Positions 1 to 9,314 of a stretch of DNA of 64,000 bases are shown here, piece after piece (the stretch's first letter is position 1; each line of letters opens with the position of its first letter). Source of the DNA: Candidatus Saccharimonadales bacterium (GTDB lineage Bacteria; Patescibacteriota; Saccharimonadia; Saccharimonadales; 2-12-FULL-41-12); the NCBI GenBank assembly GCA_025451045.1, contig JANWLD010000001.1, positions 69,812 through 133,811 of the forward strand, in the 5' to 3' direction. Below the pieces are notes generated by a model, which was not told the origin of the DNA, did not search any database, and saw only the letters and a program-made list of their open reading frames with translations. Both the position numbers and the translations under genes were made by a program.

Positions 1-712
1 CAAACAAGCCTCTGGAAATACTTGCATATACCGGGTTTTTTTGAACCTTTGAAAAGCTCATTTCTTTGGTAGTCAGGTTTTTGTCTATCTTGAAACCCTC
101 TATGCCAAATCCAGCGGCAGAGCCTAAAGGATTTTGGTCAATCAACTTTAAGGCGGCGTCAAGCAGCGGCAATATGTCGTTAAAGGCGTCCTGGTATGCC
201 CCAAGCCAAATGCCGACGGTTGTGGGCATGGCTTTTTGCATGTGGGTATAGCCGGGCATTGCGATATTTTTGGTCTGTTTTGATTTAGCTTGGTATTTTT
301 CAACCAGCAAAGTTAAAAGCTGCTTGGTTTCTTCAAGGCTTTGCTTCATATACAGTCTCATCATAGTCAAAGCCTGGTCGTTTCGGCTTCGGGCAGTGTG
401 TATCTTTTTGCCGACTTCGCCGTAATGAGCGGTTATATACTGCTCTATGGCTGTGTGGCAGTCCTCCTGCTCAAGTTTTACGGTAAACTTGCCTTCTTTG
501 TGCAAATTTTTTATTTCATGAAGAGCCGTTTTTATTTTTTTGTATTCGCCTGTGCTTATAACACTGATTTTCTCAAGCATCTTGGCATGAGCCAAGCTTG
601 CCTTAAGGTCATAAGGCAAAAGCTTGGTGTCATAAATGGTGTCATCGCCGACAGTATAAGCTTCTACTGCCGGGTTTAGCTTAGCCGATTGTTCCCAGAG
701 TTTATTTTTCAT
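1..712 (-). CDS. argH: Argininosuccinate lyase, N-terminal ~237 aa (partial; continues past the window start)
   Basis: Not in the ORF track because it runs off the window. A reverse-strand ATG at 710-712 overlaps the argG stop by 11 nt and opens an uninterrupted frame to position 1: MKNKLWEQSAKLNPAVEAY...GKKIHTARSRNDQALTMM...MPGYTHMQKAMPTTVGIW. SRNDQ and GYTHxQxAxP are fumarate-lyase/ArgH signatures. Confidence 0.85.
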   Translation of the reverse strand, partial: MKNKLWEQSAKLNPAVEAYTVGDDTIYDTKLLPYDLKASLAHAKMLEKISVISTGEYKKIKTALHEIKNLHKEGKFTVKLEQEDCHTAIEQYITAHYGEVGKKIHTARSRNDQALTMMRLYMKQSLEETKQLLTLLVEKYQAKSKQTKNIAMPGYTHMQKAMPTTVGIWLGAYQDAFNDILPLLDAALKLIDQNPLGSAAGFGIEGFKIDKNLTTKEMSFSKVQKNPVYASISRGLF

Positions 713-1952
713 AATCGTATGCTCCTTTCGCTGTCTTCTGCGGCAGGTTATATATTTCTATAAACCCCGCCGAAGCGTTTTGGTTAAAATTGTCATTTTT
801 TTCAAAGGTTGCTAATTCGGCATCAAAAAGTGAAAATGGCGAGCTTAATGACACTACGGTTGCCTGGCCTTTATAGAGTTTGACTGTAGCATAGCCGGAT
901 ACTTTCTGGTTTTGACTGTTTATATAGGTATTTATATGGGCCATTGTTGGCTCGAACCATTGGGCCGCATATGCCATATAGGCCCATTTAGTATCAATGA
1001 ATCGTTTCAGCTGGTTTTCTTCTCTTGTAGAAACCAGCTTTTCCAACTTTTTGTGGGCTTCTATCAGGATAGTCGCGCCTGGGTTTTCATAAACACCCCT
1101 GACTTTGAGACCCACCAGCCTATCTTCAATAAGCTGGGTCACGCCGACACCATGTTTAGCACCAAGCTCATTACAAACTTTAATTATTTGCTCTAATGGC
1201 ATTGGTTGGCCGTTAATTTTGTTCGGAACTCCCGTTTTGAAATTGATTGTTATTAATTCGGATTTGTTTGATGTTTTTTCTACCGGCTTACACCATTGCA
1301 GGATAGAATTTAATTTCGACTGTTTGGCCGGATCTTCAATATCACCGCCTTCAGCGGTATTACCCCACATATTCTCATCATAAGAATACGGCAAATCCTT
1401 GGTCTGTTTGATTGGAATCTTGTATTTTTTCGCAAAAGCTATCTCTTCTTGCCGACCCATGCCCCACTCCCTGACCGGAGCTATGGTTTTGAGCTTGGGA
1501 TTAAGCGTAGTTATATAGCTCTCAAACCTTACCTGATCGTTGCCTTTTCCCGTACAGCCATGGGCTATCACTTCGCAACCGTATTTTTCCGCCATCTTTA
1601 CTGCGATTTTAGATATTATTACCCTCCCCAGAGGCGTACTGAGCGCATAGCCGCCCTGGTAATCGGCATTGGCTTTTATCGCCATACTTAACAAAGTTCC
1701 GGCAAACTCTTTTTTTGCATCATGGACAATAGCCTCGATTGCTCCGAGTTTCAATGCTTTGTCTTTTATCGCTTGCAAATTATCAGCCGTCTGGCCGATA
1801 TCAACAGTCAGCGCTATTACTTCGCATTCATACTCCTGCTGAATCCATTTAAGCATTACCGAGGTGTCCAACCCGCCGGAATAAAGCAGTAGGCATTTTT
1901 TGAACTCCCCCTTTTTTGCTTCATGGCTGGCTATTTTTCTATAACTATTCAT
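702..1952 (-). CDS. argG: Argininosuccinate synthase
   Basis: 416 aa. N-terminal LLYSGGLDTSV ATP-PPase motif, AHGCTGKGNDQVRF and GRxxxS-type motifs. Translationally coupled to argH. Confidence 0.95.
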   Translation of the reverse strand: MNSYRKIASHEAKKGEFKKCLLLYSGGLDTSVMLKWIQQEYECEVIALTVDIGQTADNLQAIKDKALKLGAIEAIVHDAKKEFAGTLLSMAIKANADYQGGYALSTPLGRVIISKIAVKMAEKYGCEVIAHGCTGKGNDQVRFESYITTLNPKLKTIAPVREWGMGRQEEIAFAKKYKIPIKQTKDLPYSYDENMWGNTAEGGDIEDPAKQSKLNSILQWCKPVEKTSNKSELITINFKTGVPNKINGQPMPLEQIIKVCNELGAKHGVGVTQLIEDRLVGLKVRGVYENPGATILIEAHKKLEKLVSTREENQLKRFIDTKWAYMAYAAQWFEPTMAHINTYINSQNQKVSGYATVKLYKGQATVVSLSSPFSLFDAELATFEKNDNFNQNASAGFIEIYNLPQKTAKGAYDYEK

Positions 1953-1967
1953 CTTTTAGCTCCTTAA

Positions 1968-2486
1968 TTATTGATACTTTTTTCGTTTGTAATAATCCTT
2001 GTATTTTCTTATGGCTTCTTTTTCTGACTTTAGCGAGGAAGCCATCCTCGATACGCCGTAAGTCTGGTTTAAATACCAATAAGCACTTATTTCTCCAACG
2101 GCGGTTGCGCCCAGGCTTTCGAATTTCCTCTTACTAACCTCATTTACGACAGCTGTTACGATTTCAGCATCGGGAAAACAAAAAGGTATATCGCTAAGCA
2201 TCTGTTTTGCAAGAACAGTGCCTATGCCCTGCCTTCTAAATTCCGGATTTACAACCCAGCCGCCCATCTTTATCATCTGCGGCATAAACTCAGCCGTGAC
2301 CGCTACATAGCCGGCTAATTGCTGGCTATCTTCATCAAAAGCAATCAGTTTGTACGGATGGCTGTTTATACTTTGCTCGTTCAGCTCCAAAACTTCGCCT
2401 TCAACACCTGTCCATGCCGTAAGCTGGGGTATAGCCGCCGTATGTTTTGGGTTTTTGAAACTGAACGGCTCAATCTCAAGATTCAT
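1968..2486 (-). CDS. GNAT-family N-acetyltransferase
   Basis: 172 aa with the acetyl-CoA motif A-like segment VNPEFRRQGIGTVLAKQM. Same strand as argG, 15 nt upstream of it. Substrate unknown. Confidence 0.7.
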   Translation of the reverse strand: MNLEIEPFSFKNPKHTAAIPQLTAWTGVEGEVLELNEQSINSHPYKLIAFDEDSQQLAGYVAVTAEFMPQMIKMGGWVVNPEFRRQGIGTVLAKQMLSDIPFCFPDAEIVTAVVNEVSKRKFESLGATAVGEISAYWYLNQTYGVSRMASSLKSEKEAIRKYKDYYKRKKYQ

Positions 2487-2504
2487 TAAATTCCTTTCAC
2501 AATT

Positions 2505-2527
2505 AAAAAAGCTCCCTTTTCGGGAGC
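2505..2527 (-). terminator. Rho-independent terminator candidate after the DUF1361-like gene
   Basis: Plus strand reads aaaaaa-gctccc-ttttc-gggagc. On the minus strand this is a 6-bp GC-rich hairpin followed by a T6 run. Confidence 0.5.
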
Positions 2528-2669
2528 TGGCACGGAGCTTTATTTTCTAAAAATTAACAACTAAAAGCCCAACTCCCGTGTATACGTGAGCTACGGCGAG
2601 CCTCAAAATTATCTGTAAATTTGCTCATAGACAATAACTTTATCATTACTGCAAGTAAAAATCAAGTCA

Positions 2670-3353
2670 TTAGCGCTTTAGAAGTTTTGAAGCCGTGTAA
2701 ATCACCAGATAGGTACAAAACAGCACTAGAAATAGTGTAAAGGTAGCCAGATAAGTGTCGCTATGTTGAGAGGGGTTGACGAATCGGTCCGAAACGTCAA
2801 ACAGGAGACCGGCCGGCCGCAGGATTATATCCCAGCTGTTAAACCGGGTAAACCGACCCAGATATGCCGCGAAACTGGCCAGAAAGAATATGGCCGCTAC
2901 AATTGTCAGCGCATTGCGTTCAGCAAGTCTTCTTAGAAGCTGTTTATGCAAAAGGAAGATTGACGCAAGCCCTAGGATAATACCGTTGATTACAAAACTT
3001 GAGAGCAACACAACGTCAAAATACAGCCCCGCTTCATCTGTTTGGCGCAAGTGGACAAAATCGGTAATCAGATAAAAGGTATTGGGTAAAAAACCGATGA
3101 ACAGCAAAGTCAGAATCACCTGTTGCCATTTGAACCAGCTAAGTGTCTTGAGCCGTTCATATAACCACCAGGCCAGCATTAGCGGTATCACAGCCAGAAC
3201 CAAATTCCAGATTAAAAATACGTATCGCAAGCTGTCGGAGAACAATATCCGGCCAAACAACAAAACCAGACTTACCATACAGCTCAAGCCGATACTGGCA
3301 ATGAAATAATAGACATCCCGTTCGTGTCCGGTGTGTTTATTAACCGCCGGCAT
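2670..3353 (-). CDS. Polytopic membrane protein, DUF1361-like
   Basis: 227 aa with about 6 hydrophobic helices. The motifs FLIWNLVLAVIPL, PNTFYLITDFVHL and RFNSWDI resemble the DUF1361 family as I remember it. Confidence 0.6.
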   Translation of the reverse strand: MPAVNKHTGHERDVYYFIASIGLSCMVSLVLLFGRILFSDSLRYVFLIWNLVLAVIPLMLAWWLYERLKTLSWFKWQQVILTLLFIGFLPNTFYLITDFVHLRQTDEAGLYFDVVLLSSFVINGIILGLASIFLLHKQLLRRLAERNALTIVAAIFFLASFAAYLGRFTRFNSWDIILRPAGLLFDVSDRFVNPSQHSDTYLATFTLFLVLFCTYLVIYTASKLLKR

Positions 3354-3377
3354 GGTTTAATTATATCAATCCGTGAG

Positions 3378-4418
3378 CTATATGTTTTTCAGCTCTGTTT
3401 TGAGCTTCTCAATCAATTCCACCGGCGTCGGGTCAAGCCCGTTTAAAATCGCCAGATAAATACTGACGAAATCACCCAGTTGGATAGTCCAAAGCAGCTG
3501 TTTAATCAAGGTATCCCCTTCGGGAATAACTGTTTCGGGTGAAGGCCGTCTGCCGGAAAGCAGTTTTTCAGTAATTTCAAACCTAGGCCGGATCCTAGGG
3601 TGCTCAAGCGAACTGTTTATATCAACTATTTTGTAAGGCTTCTCAACCGGATGGCTCGCCCAACCCTGGAACTCGTTATGGCTGAATTCCGGAAAATAAT
3701 TACACCAAGCGATATTCTTCGCGTTTTCATTGATGTTTATCTTCCATTTGTAAGCCGCCGGAAAAAATTTCACGCCCGAATAAATGACCGGCGAATTACC
3801 TACTAGTTCCAATGCTATTCTTTTTGCCGGATTTTTATCAGTCGGTATTGTCGGCAAAAGCTCCTCTGCTTTTTCACCCAGCCAATTTGCTGCCTGGCGT
3901 AGTTCATCTAAACTGCCCTTTTGAGCGGTTCCCGCTTCTTCAAAAAGCTGGATAAGCGCTGTGAAATTATAAAAAACCGCCATTCGCGGCTGAAGACCGC
4001 TAGGAATAACGTAATGCATATAGCCTTTTTCTTTTGCTCGCTCAGCCAGCTTACCGCTCGAGCAGATAATGACTATCTGGGCGCCTAGTTCTTCCGCTTT
4101 GTTAAGAGCCGCCAATGTTTCCTCGGTATTACCGGAATAACTTGAAGCGATGAACAAGGTTTTTTCATCTACATATGCCGGCAGGTCATAGTTCCTTACT
4201 ATCTCAAAAGGCTTGTCTAGCCCCGGCCAGCTGGATACAATCATTGCCGCCAGCGCTGAACCGCCCATTCCGCCCACTATGATGTTGCTACAATTTGCAA
4301 TTTCCGGTTTTGTGCCCCCGGTTTCATATACATGTTTCAGCTGTTGCCATTGTTTGGCTGCTACTCCCAGCGCATCCTGTACGTCCCGCTCATGAATCAC
4401 CTTCAAATCATCCAGCAT
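3378..4418 (-). CDS. Bifunctional phosphoglucose/phosphomannose isomerase (SIS-domain type)
   Basis: 346 aa. SIS motifs GGMGGSALAA and SSYSGNTEETL. C-terminal half is typical of the archaeal/bacterial PGI/PMI family. Confidence 0.8.
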   Translation of the reverse strand: MLDDLKVIHERDVQDALGVAAKQWQQLKHVYETGGTKPEIANCSNIIVGGMGGSALAAMIVSSWPGLDKPFEIVRNYDLPAYVDEKTLFIASSYSGNTEETLAALNKAEELGAQIVIICSSGKLAERAKEKGYMHYVIPSGLQPRMAVFYNFTALIQLFEEAGTAQKGSLDELRQAANWLGEKAEELLPTIPTDKNPAKRIALELVGNSPVIYSGVKFFPAAYKWKININENAKNIAWCNYFPEFSHNEFQGWASHPVEKPYKIVDINSSLEHPRIRPRFEITEKLLSGRRPSPETVIPEGDTLIKQLLWTIQLGDFVSIYLAILNGLDPTPVELIEKLKTELKNI

Positions 4419-4496
4419 AATTCCCCTTTCAAGTTAATACGCTTTTGTTTATCGCCAGCCTTTGTTACTATTTTATTGTAAATTGAAAAGCTTAAA

Positions 4497-5000
4497 TTGG
4501 AAATTGCCGGACAAACCGGTGGAGGTGGGATGCAAGACGAAAATACAATTCAGCCTACGAAAGCCAGCGATAATACTGCGGATGATTCCGCGGACACTAG
4601 CGGACTAAAACTAAGCCTTGGGACTAATCCGACAGATCAGGTCCAAGATACTCCAGCCGACACGCCCGCAACTGACGTGAGCGAAGAAACAGAAGAAACG
4701 CCTGAAGAAACAACCGCCACACAGCCGTCTAGCGATAGTTCATCGGGCGACTTGGAATCTATCAAATCCTCAGCCCTGCAGGAGCTTATGCCAATAGTTA
4801 ACGAACTTGACCAAGAGCCGGAAGACCAATACCGTACATTGATGATGCTGATTCAGACTTCGGATAATCAAGCCCTTGTTAAGGATGCTTATGCGGCAGC
4901 GGGCAAAATAGAAGACAAAAAGGCCAAGGCCGAAGCTTTGTTAAATATCGTCAACGAGATAAATTACCTGACTGGTAAAGACAAAAAATCCGACAGTTAA
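4497..5000 (+). CDS. Hypothetical acidic protein (D/E/T/S-rich N-terminal half, helical C-terminal half)
   Basis: 167-aa ORF with no antisense competitor. No recognisable motif. The start is uncertain; an internal MQDENT is possible. Confidence 0.45.
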   Translation: MEIAGQTGGGGMQDENTIQPTKASDNTADDSADTSGLKLSLGTNPTDQVQDTPADTPATDVSEETEETPEETTATQPSSDSSSGDLESIKSSALQELMPIVNELDQEPEDQYRTLMMLIQTSDNQALVKDAYAAAGKIEDKKAKAEALLNIVNEINYLTGKDKKSDS

Positions 5001-5005
5001 AATAT

Positions 5006-5389
5006 TTACATGCCTGGATCGCCGGTTTTCGGCAGAGGCAAGTTATCGCCGGTTGAAGGCAAGTTATCGCCAGTCGACGGAGTCGATGAAGTTTGCTTAG
5101 ATTTCTGGTTTTTAGAATCTGAAGATTTAGAAGCTTCACTTTTAGTTGAGGCAGTAGTGTTTTTATTATCAGGTGTCGCCACGTTTTCAGTAGAATCGCC
5201 ATTAAGTGCGCGGTAAACTGCCCGGCCGCCAAAAAACAGGCCGGCCGCAATCAGCAAGGTGACTAATAGCGCGAAAAACCCGAATAGAAATGATGCAAAT
5301 CGGTTGGTTGAAGGTTCATCCTTGTAAATCGACAAATCTTCGGATTCTTCATCCCGATTTCGCCGAAAAACCTTATCAAACAAAGACAT
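5006..5389 (-). CDS. N-terminally anchored S/T-rich surface protein with C-terminal LPxTG-like tandem repeat
   Basis: 127 aa. One TM helix (FASFLFGFFALLVTLLIAAGLFFGG), then a Ser/Thr/Lys-rich tail ending TGDNLPSTGDNLPLPKTGDPGM. The DNA shows a 21-bp tandem duplication at about 5037-5078. Confidence 0.55.
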   Translation of the reverse strand: MSLFDKVFRRNRDEESEDLSIYKDEPSTNRFASFLFGFFALLVTLLIAAGLFFGGRAVYRALNGDSTENVATPDNKNTTASTKSEASKSSDSKNQKSKQTSSTPSTGDNLPSTGDNLPLPKTGDPGM

Positions 5390-5468
5390 GTGTCAAATCT
5401 CCCTTAAAGTAAAGCTAATTGTACACTTAACTAGCGTTTTTGGCAATGTTTGTGTCAAATAACGAACG

Positions 5469-6002
5469 TTGACTTTAACTAGGCCAGCCAACCATAATGA
5501 AACTAAAGGGATAAATGGTTTGAGAGAAGTATATTTCAGTTTGGGTTCAAATGTGGGCGACCGCCAGCAATATCTCCGCGGCGCCTTGGCTAAATTGCGC
5601 GCGCAAGTTAAAGATTTGCGTGTTTCATCGCTCTATCGGACCGAGCCTTGGGGCAAAGTGGATCAGCCTTGGTTTTTAAATTTATGCGCGGCAGGCCGGA
5701 CTTCCCTGCCTCCCTTAGAGTTATTAAGTTTTATTAAATCCATAGAGGCCGAATTGGGTCGAACCCACACTGAAAAATGGGGCCCGCGCGAAATCGATAT
5801 CGATATTCTTTTTTATGGCGGTAAAATTCTAAAATTACCAACTCTTAAGATACCCCACCCTCGCCTTGCCGAACGCGCCTTTGTGCTGATACCGCTAAGG
5901 GAAATCGCAGCGGATTTTGTCCATCCGGTGTTGAAAAAAACCGTGTTTGAACTAACTGAAAAAATCAGTCCCGAGGGCATAAAAAGGTTAAATAATGAAT
6001 AG
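5469..6002 (+). CDS. folK: 2-amino-4-hydroxy-6-hydroxymethyldihydropteridine pyrophosphokinase (HPPK)
   Basis: Motifs VYFSLGSNVGDR, YRTEPWG, REIDIDILFYG and IPHPRLAERAFVLIPL. The track start is a TTG, so the true start is uncertain. Overlaps folP by 8 nt. Confidence 0.85.
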   Translation: MTLTRPANHNETKGINGLREVYFSLGSNVGDRQQYLRGALAKLRAQVKDLRVSSLYRTEPWGKVDQPWFLNLCAAGRTSLPPLELLSFIKSIEAELGRTHTEKWGPREIDIDILFYGGKILKLPTLKIPHPRLAERAFVLIPLREIAADFVHPVLKKTVFELTEKISPEGIKRLNNE

Positions 6003-6831
6003 CTTCTCCCTATATTTAGCCGGAGGCCAAGCAATCGAGGCCAAACGCACGCTGGTTATGGGGATATTGAATGCCACGCCCGACTCATTCAGCGACGGCG
6101 GCGAACTGGAAAATGAAGCCGTGATAAAAAAACGCGTACAAGAAATGATCCAATCCGGTGCTGATATTTTAGATGTGGGCGGCGAATCCACCCGTCCCGG
6201 CCATCAAAAAGTCAGTGAAAAAGAAGAGCTGGGACGTATTTTGCCGGTGATAGGGGTCATCCGAAATGTTTCAAAGACTATCCCTATCAGTGTTGATACC
6301 CAGAAAGCCTCAGTTGCAAAAGCGGCCCTACAAGCCGGCGCCAGTATGATAAATGACGTCAGCGCCCTTTCCGACCGCAAAATGGCAAATGTAATCAATG
6401 ATTTTGGTTGTTCAGTAATCTTGATGAGAAACAAACCGACCGGTCAAGATGTCATCAAAGGCTGTAAAGAACAGTTTGAAAAAATAGTAAAAAAAGCCGA
6501 AAAAGAAGGTGTTGGCAAAAACAAAATCTTGCTTGACCCGGGCCTAGGTTTCGGTGATTTAAAAAAAGCTGACTACAAAACCTCGCCAGGTTCCGACCCA
6601 GCTGCCAATATTCTGCTAATTCTCGGACTACAAAAATATTCGCTTGGTTTGCCGGTAGTTATCGGAGCTAGCCGCAAACGCTTCTTGGGCGATATTACAG
6701 GCGTAGAAAAAGCCAAGGACCGGCTGACCGGATCAATCGCCGCTGCCATTATGGCTCAGCAGGCTGGGGCGGCTATTGTCCGTGTCCATGACGTAGCCGA
6801 AACCATCCAAGCCTTCAAAAATCTATCATAA
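5995..6831 (+). CDS. folP: Dihydropteroate synthase
   Basis: 278 aa. GILNATPDSFSDGG, DVGGESTRPG and DPGLGFG pterin-binding motifs. Confidence 0.9.
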   Translation: MNSFSLYLAGGQAIEAKRTLVMGILNATPDSFSDGGELENEAVIKKRVQEMIQSGADILDVGGESTRPGHQKVSEKEELGRILPVIGVIRNVSKTIPISVDTQKASVAKAALQAGASMINDVSALSDRKMANVINDFGCSVILMRNKPTGQDVIKGCKEQFEKIVKKAEKEGVGKNKILLDPGLGFGDLKKADYKTSPGSDPAANILLILGLQKYSLGLPVVIGASRKRFLGDITGVEKAKDRLTGSIAAAIMAQQAGAAIVRVHDVAETIQAFKNLS

Positions 6832-6866
6832 ATTTTATCCCTCGGGTCCTGTCCCGATAGAATCCT

Positions 6867-6897
6867 CCCGCGAATTTCCACGATATTCATTCGCGGG
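6867..6897. terminator. Hairpin between convergent folP and trpA (possible bidirectional terminator)
   Basis: cccgcgaat (6867-6875) pairs with attcgcggg (6889-6897), a perfect 9-bp stem with a 13-nt loop. It is nested inside a second perfect 9-bp pair, ctcgggtcc (6841-6849) with ggacccgag (6928-6936). There is no clear U-tract. Confidence 0.4.
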
Positions 6898-6924
6898 TCC
6901 CTTCCATTCGGACCACCCGAAAAT

Positions 6925-7650
6925 TTAGGACCCGAGGTTTTTGACAAGTTTTAGGCCGGTTTTTACACCGGATTTTTCAACTTCACGGATAATGGCACTG
7001 CCTACGATTGCAATATCACCGATTCTTAGAGCTTCCTCCACGTCATGCCGGGATGAGATTCCAAAACCTATCATAATTTGGGCACTTGACCTGTGTTTAA
7101 TATAAGCCACTAATTGATGCAGTTCACGAGTGTTATTGTAGGAATTGCCGGTAATGCCACGTTGACTGGTAACGTAAACATAAAGTGGTGACTCCTCTAA
7201 TATAGTATTCAGTCGTTTCTCCTCCATGCCGGGGCTTAGCACCGGTATAAGTCTCAGGTTGAGACCTTGTGTGCGCTTAACTAACTCAGTGTATTCCGGA
7301 CTGTCGTATGGAAGATCGGGGATAATTAGACCTTTTGCGCCACAGGTTGAAGTTCGATCGCAAAATTTTTCGAAGCCGTAATGCCGCACTTTCTGAATGT
7401 AACTCATCAGGTAGACGTCGCAGTCCAGGTTGGCCTTTTGTATCAGTTCGAAACTAGCGGCCGTGGTCATGCCGCCCCCCAGTGCTATGTCATTGGCCTT
7501 CATAATCGTTTCGCCGTCAGCTATCGGGTCAGAAAACGGAATCTGCACCTCGATTATCCCGACGCCGAGCTTCTGCATCCCCAACATCAGCTCGATACAC
7601 TCATCAGCCGACGGATAGCCTGCCACCACATGAGTCATAATGTTTTTCAT
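6925..7650 (-). CDS. trpA: Tryptophan synthase alpha chain
   Basis: 241 aa. The EVQIPFSDPIADG motif and a GFGIS phosphate-binding loop. Confidence 0.9.
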   Translation of the reverse strand: MKNIMTHVVAGYPSADECIELMLGMQKLGVGIIEVQIPFSDPIADGETIMKANDIALGGGMTTAASFELIQKANLDCDVYLMSYIQKVRHYGFEKFCDRTSTCGAKGLIIPDLPYDSPEYTELVKRTQGLNLRLIPVLSPGMEEKRLNTILEESPLYVYVTSQRGITGNSYNNTRELHQLVAYIKHRSSAQIMIGFGISSRHDVEEALRIGDIAIVGSAIIREVEKSGVKTGLKLVKNLGS

Positions 7651-7818
7651 TTTTTCACTCCTAAAACAACAGTCTTTTGGATTGGGATGCCTGCAAACGC
7701 CCCGGCAAAGTGAGTTATTTTAACTTGAAAGAGTCTGCTAGCGCTTCCCTTGAATTTCCTGCCATAAGCAAGAAATTCATAGGCGAAAAAGCGCTCTTGA
7801 AAGTAAAATAACGAACGC

Positions 7819-9309
7819 CTATTCATAGGTTTTAAGCTCCTGGTTTAAAAACTTCTTAAAATCATCTCTGGCAAAGTGCTTCGCGAGCGTAAACAAATCC
7901 TTGTCACCGCGGCCGGAAATGTTGATAACTATTTTTTTATCCTGTTTCATGTCCTTGGCCAGCTTGATGCCTTCACTAACCGCATGGGCTGATTCTAAAG
8001 CCGGGATGATACCTTCTTTTTTGGCCAAAAGTTCTACCGCGGCAAGCGCCTGCTTGTCACTGGCCCGGACAAATTCCACCCGTCCCGTATCGGCCAATTC
8101 AGCCAATTCCGGCCCGATACCGATATAATCCAACCCCGCCGCTACACTGTGGGTCGCCGCGCTGTTGCCGTCTTTATCTTGCAAAAAATATGACTTATAG
8201 CCTTCCATGATACCCAGTTCCGCGCCCGGAAATCGAGCGGCGTGTTGGCCCGATTTATTTGACTTGCCGCCAGCTTCAACACCGACTAATCTCACATTTT
8301 TATCATTTAAAAAGCCATGAAACGCTCCAAGTGCGTTACTTCCGCCGCCTACGCAGGCGACTATCGCATCAGGACTGCTGCCGAGCTGGTGTCTTATTTC
8401 CCGGCTAATGACAGATTGGAAATCACGGTTCATCCTCGGATACGGATCCGGTCCAAGGCAAGAGCCAATAACATAATGGGTATCGTCGCTGGTAGCCAAC
8501 CAGTCGCGGATAGCGCCGCTGACCGCGTCTTTGAGTGTTTTTGAGCCGTATTTTATCGGTATTACCTCAGCGCCAAGCAGTTCCATGAGCACCACGTTCG
8601 GCCGTTGGCGGTCAATATCGACTTGCCCCATATAAATCGTGCAGGCAAAGCCGAGTTTGGCGGCCACTGTCGCCGTTGCCACGCCATGCTGGCCGGCGCC
8701 GGTTTCAGCAATCAGCCGTTTTTTGCCCATTTTTTTGGCTACCAAGGCTTGCCCTAAGCAATGGTTTATTTTGTGCGCGCCGGTGTGATTCATACCTTCG
8801 TTTTTCAGATAAATCCGCGCGCCGCCGACATGCTCGCTGAGATTTTTGGCATATGTCAGCGGAGTCGGCCGGTTATTGTAATGTTTTTGTAGATCTTCTA
8901 ACTCTGCCAAAAAAGCCCGACTATTTTTTAGCGAATCATAAGTTCTGGCTAGTTTTTCCAGTTCGCCCTGCAACATTTCCGGCACATAACGGCCGCCGTA
9001 TTTCCCAAAGTAGCCGGATTTGCTAGCTTCTGGCTTTGGCTTGGGCATTTCCGGTTCTTTTAATACTTTAAAATAATCTTTAGCAACCAGTTTTGAGCCT
9101 TTTGTCACCGTTGCCACGCCCACGCCCAAATCTTCAGCTATCATATGGTGGTTCTCGCCGCTTAGCAGTTTTTTGACAATTTCAACCCGCTTTGGCAGGT
9201 TCTCTTTGTCTTTATCGGATGTAATTCCGTCCATAAAATCAAAGAAATCTTCAAAACCACGGATGGAATAAACAAACTCAACAAAATCCTTAAAGCTTTT
9301 GCCTTTCAT
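7819..9309 (-). CDS. trpB: Tryptophan synthase beta chain with N-terminal TrpR/YerC-like HTH domain (fusion)
   Basis: 496 aa. Residues from about 100 to the end are canonical TrpB (LKNEGMNHTGAHKINH with the PLP lysine, and GGGSNALG). The first ~95 aa (FFDFMDGITSDKDKENLPKRVEIVKKLLSGENHHMIAEDLGVGVATVTKGSKLV) match the TrpR-related YerC/YecD HTH pattern. Confidence 0.9.
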   Translation of the reverse strand: MKGKSFKDFVEFVYSIRGFEDFFDFMDGITSDKDKENLPKRVEIVKKLLSGENHHMIAEDLGVGVATVTKGSKLVAKDYFKVLKEPEMPKPKPEASKSGYFGKYGGRYVPEMLQGELEKLARTYDSLKNSRAFLAELEDLQKHYNNRPTPLTYAKNLSEHVGGARIYLKNEGMNHTGAHKINHCLGQALVAKKMGKKRLIAETGAGQHGVATATVAAKLGFACTIYMGQVDIDRQRPNVVLMELLGAEVIPIKYGSKTLKDAVSGAIRDWLATSDDTHYVIGSCLGPDPYPRMNRDFQSVISREIRHQLGSSPDAIVACVGGGSNALGAFHGFLNDKNVRLVGVEAGGKSNKSGQHAARFPGAELGIMEGYKSYFLQDKDGNSAATHSVAAGLDYIGIGPELAELADTGRVEFVRASDKQALAAVELLAKKEGIIPALESAHAVSEGIKLAKDMKQDKKIVINISGRGDKDLFTLAKHFARDDFKKFLNQELKTYE

Positions 9310-9314
9310 ATCTT

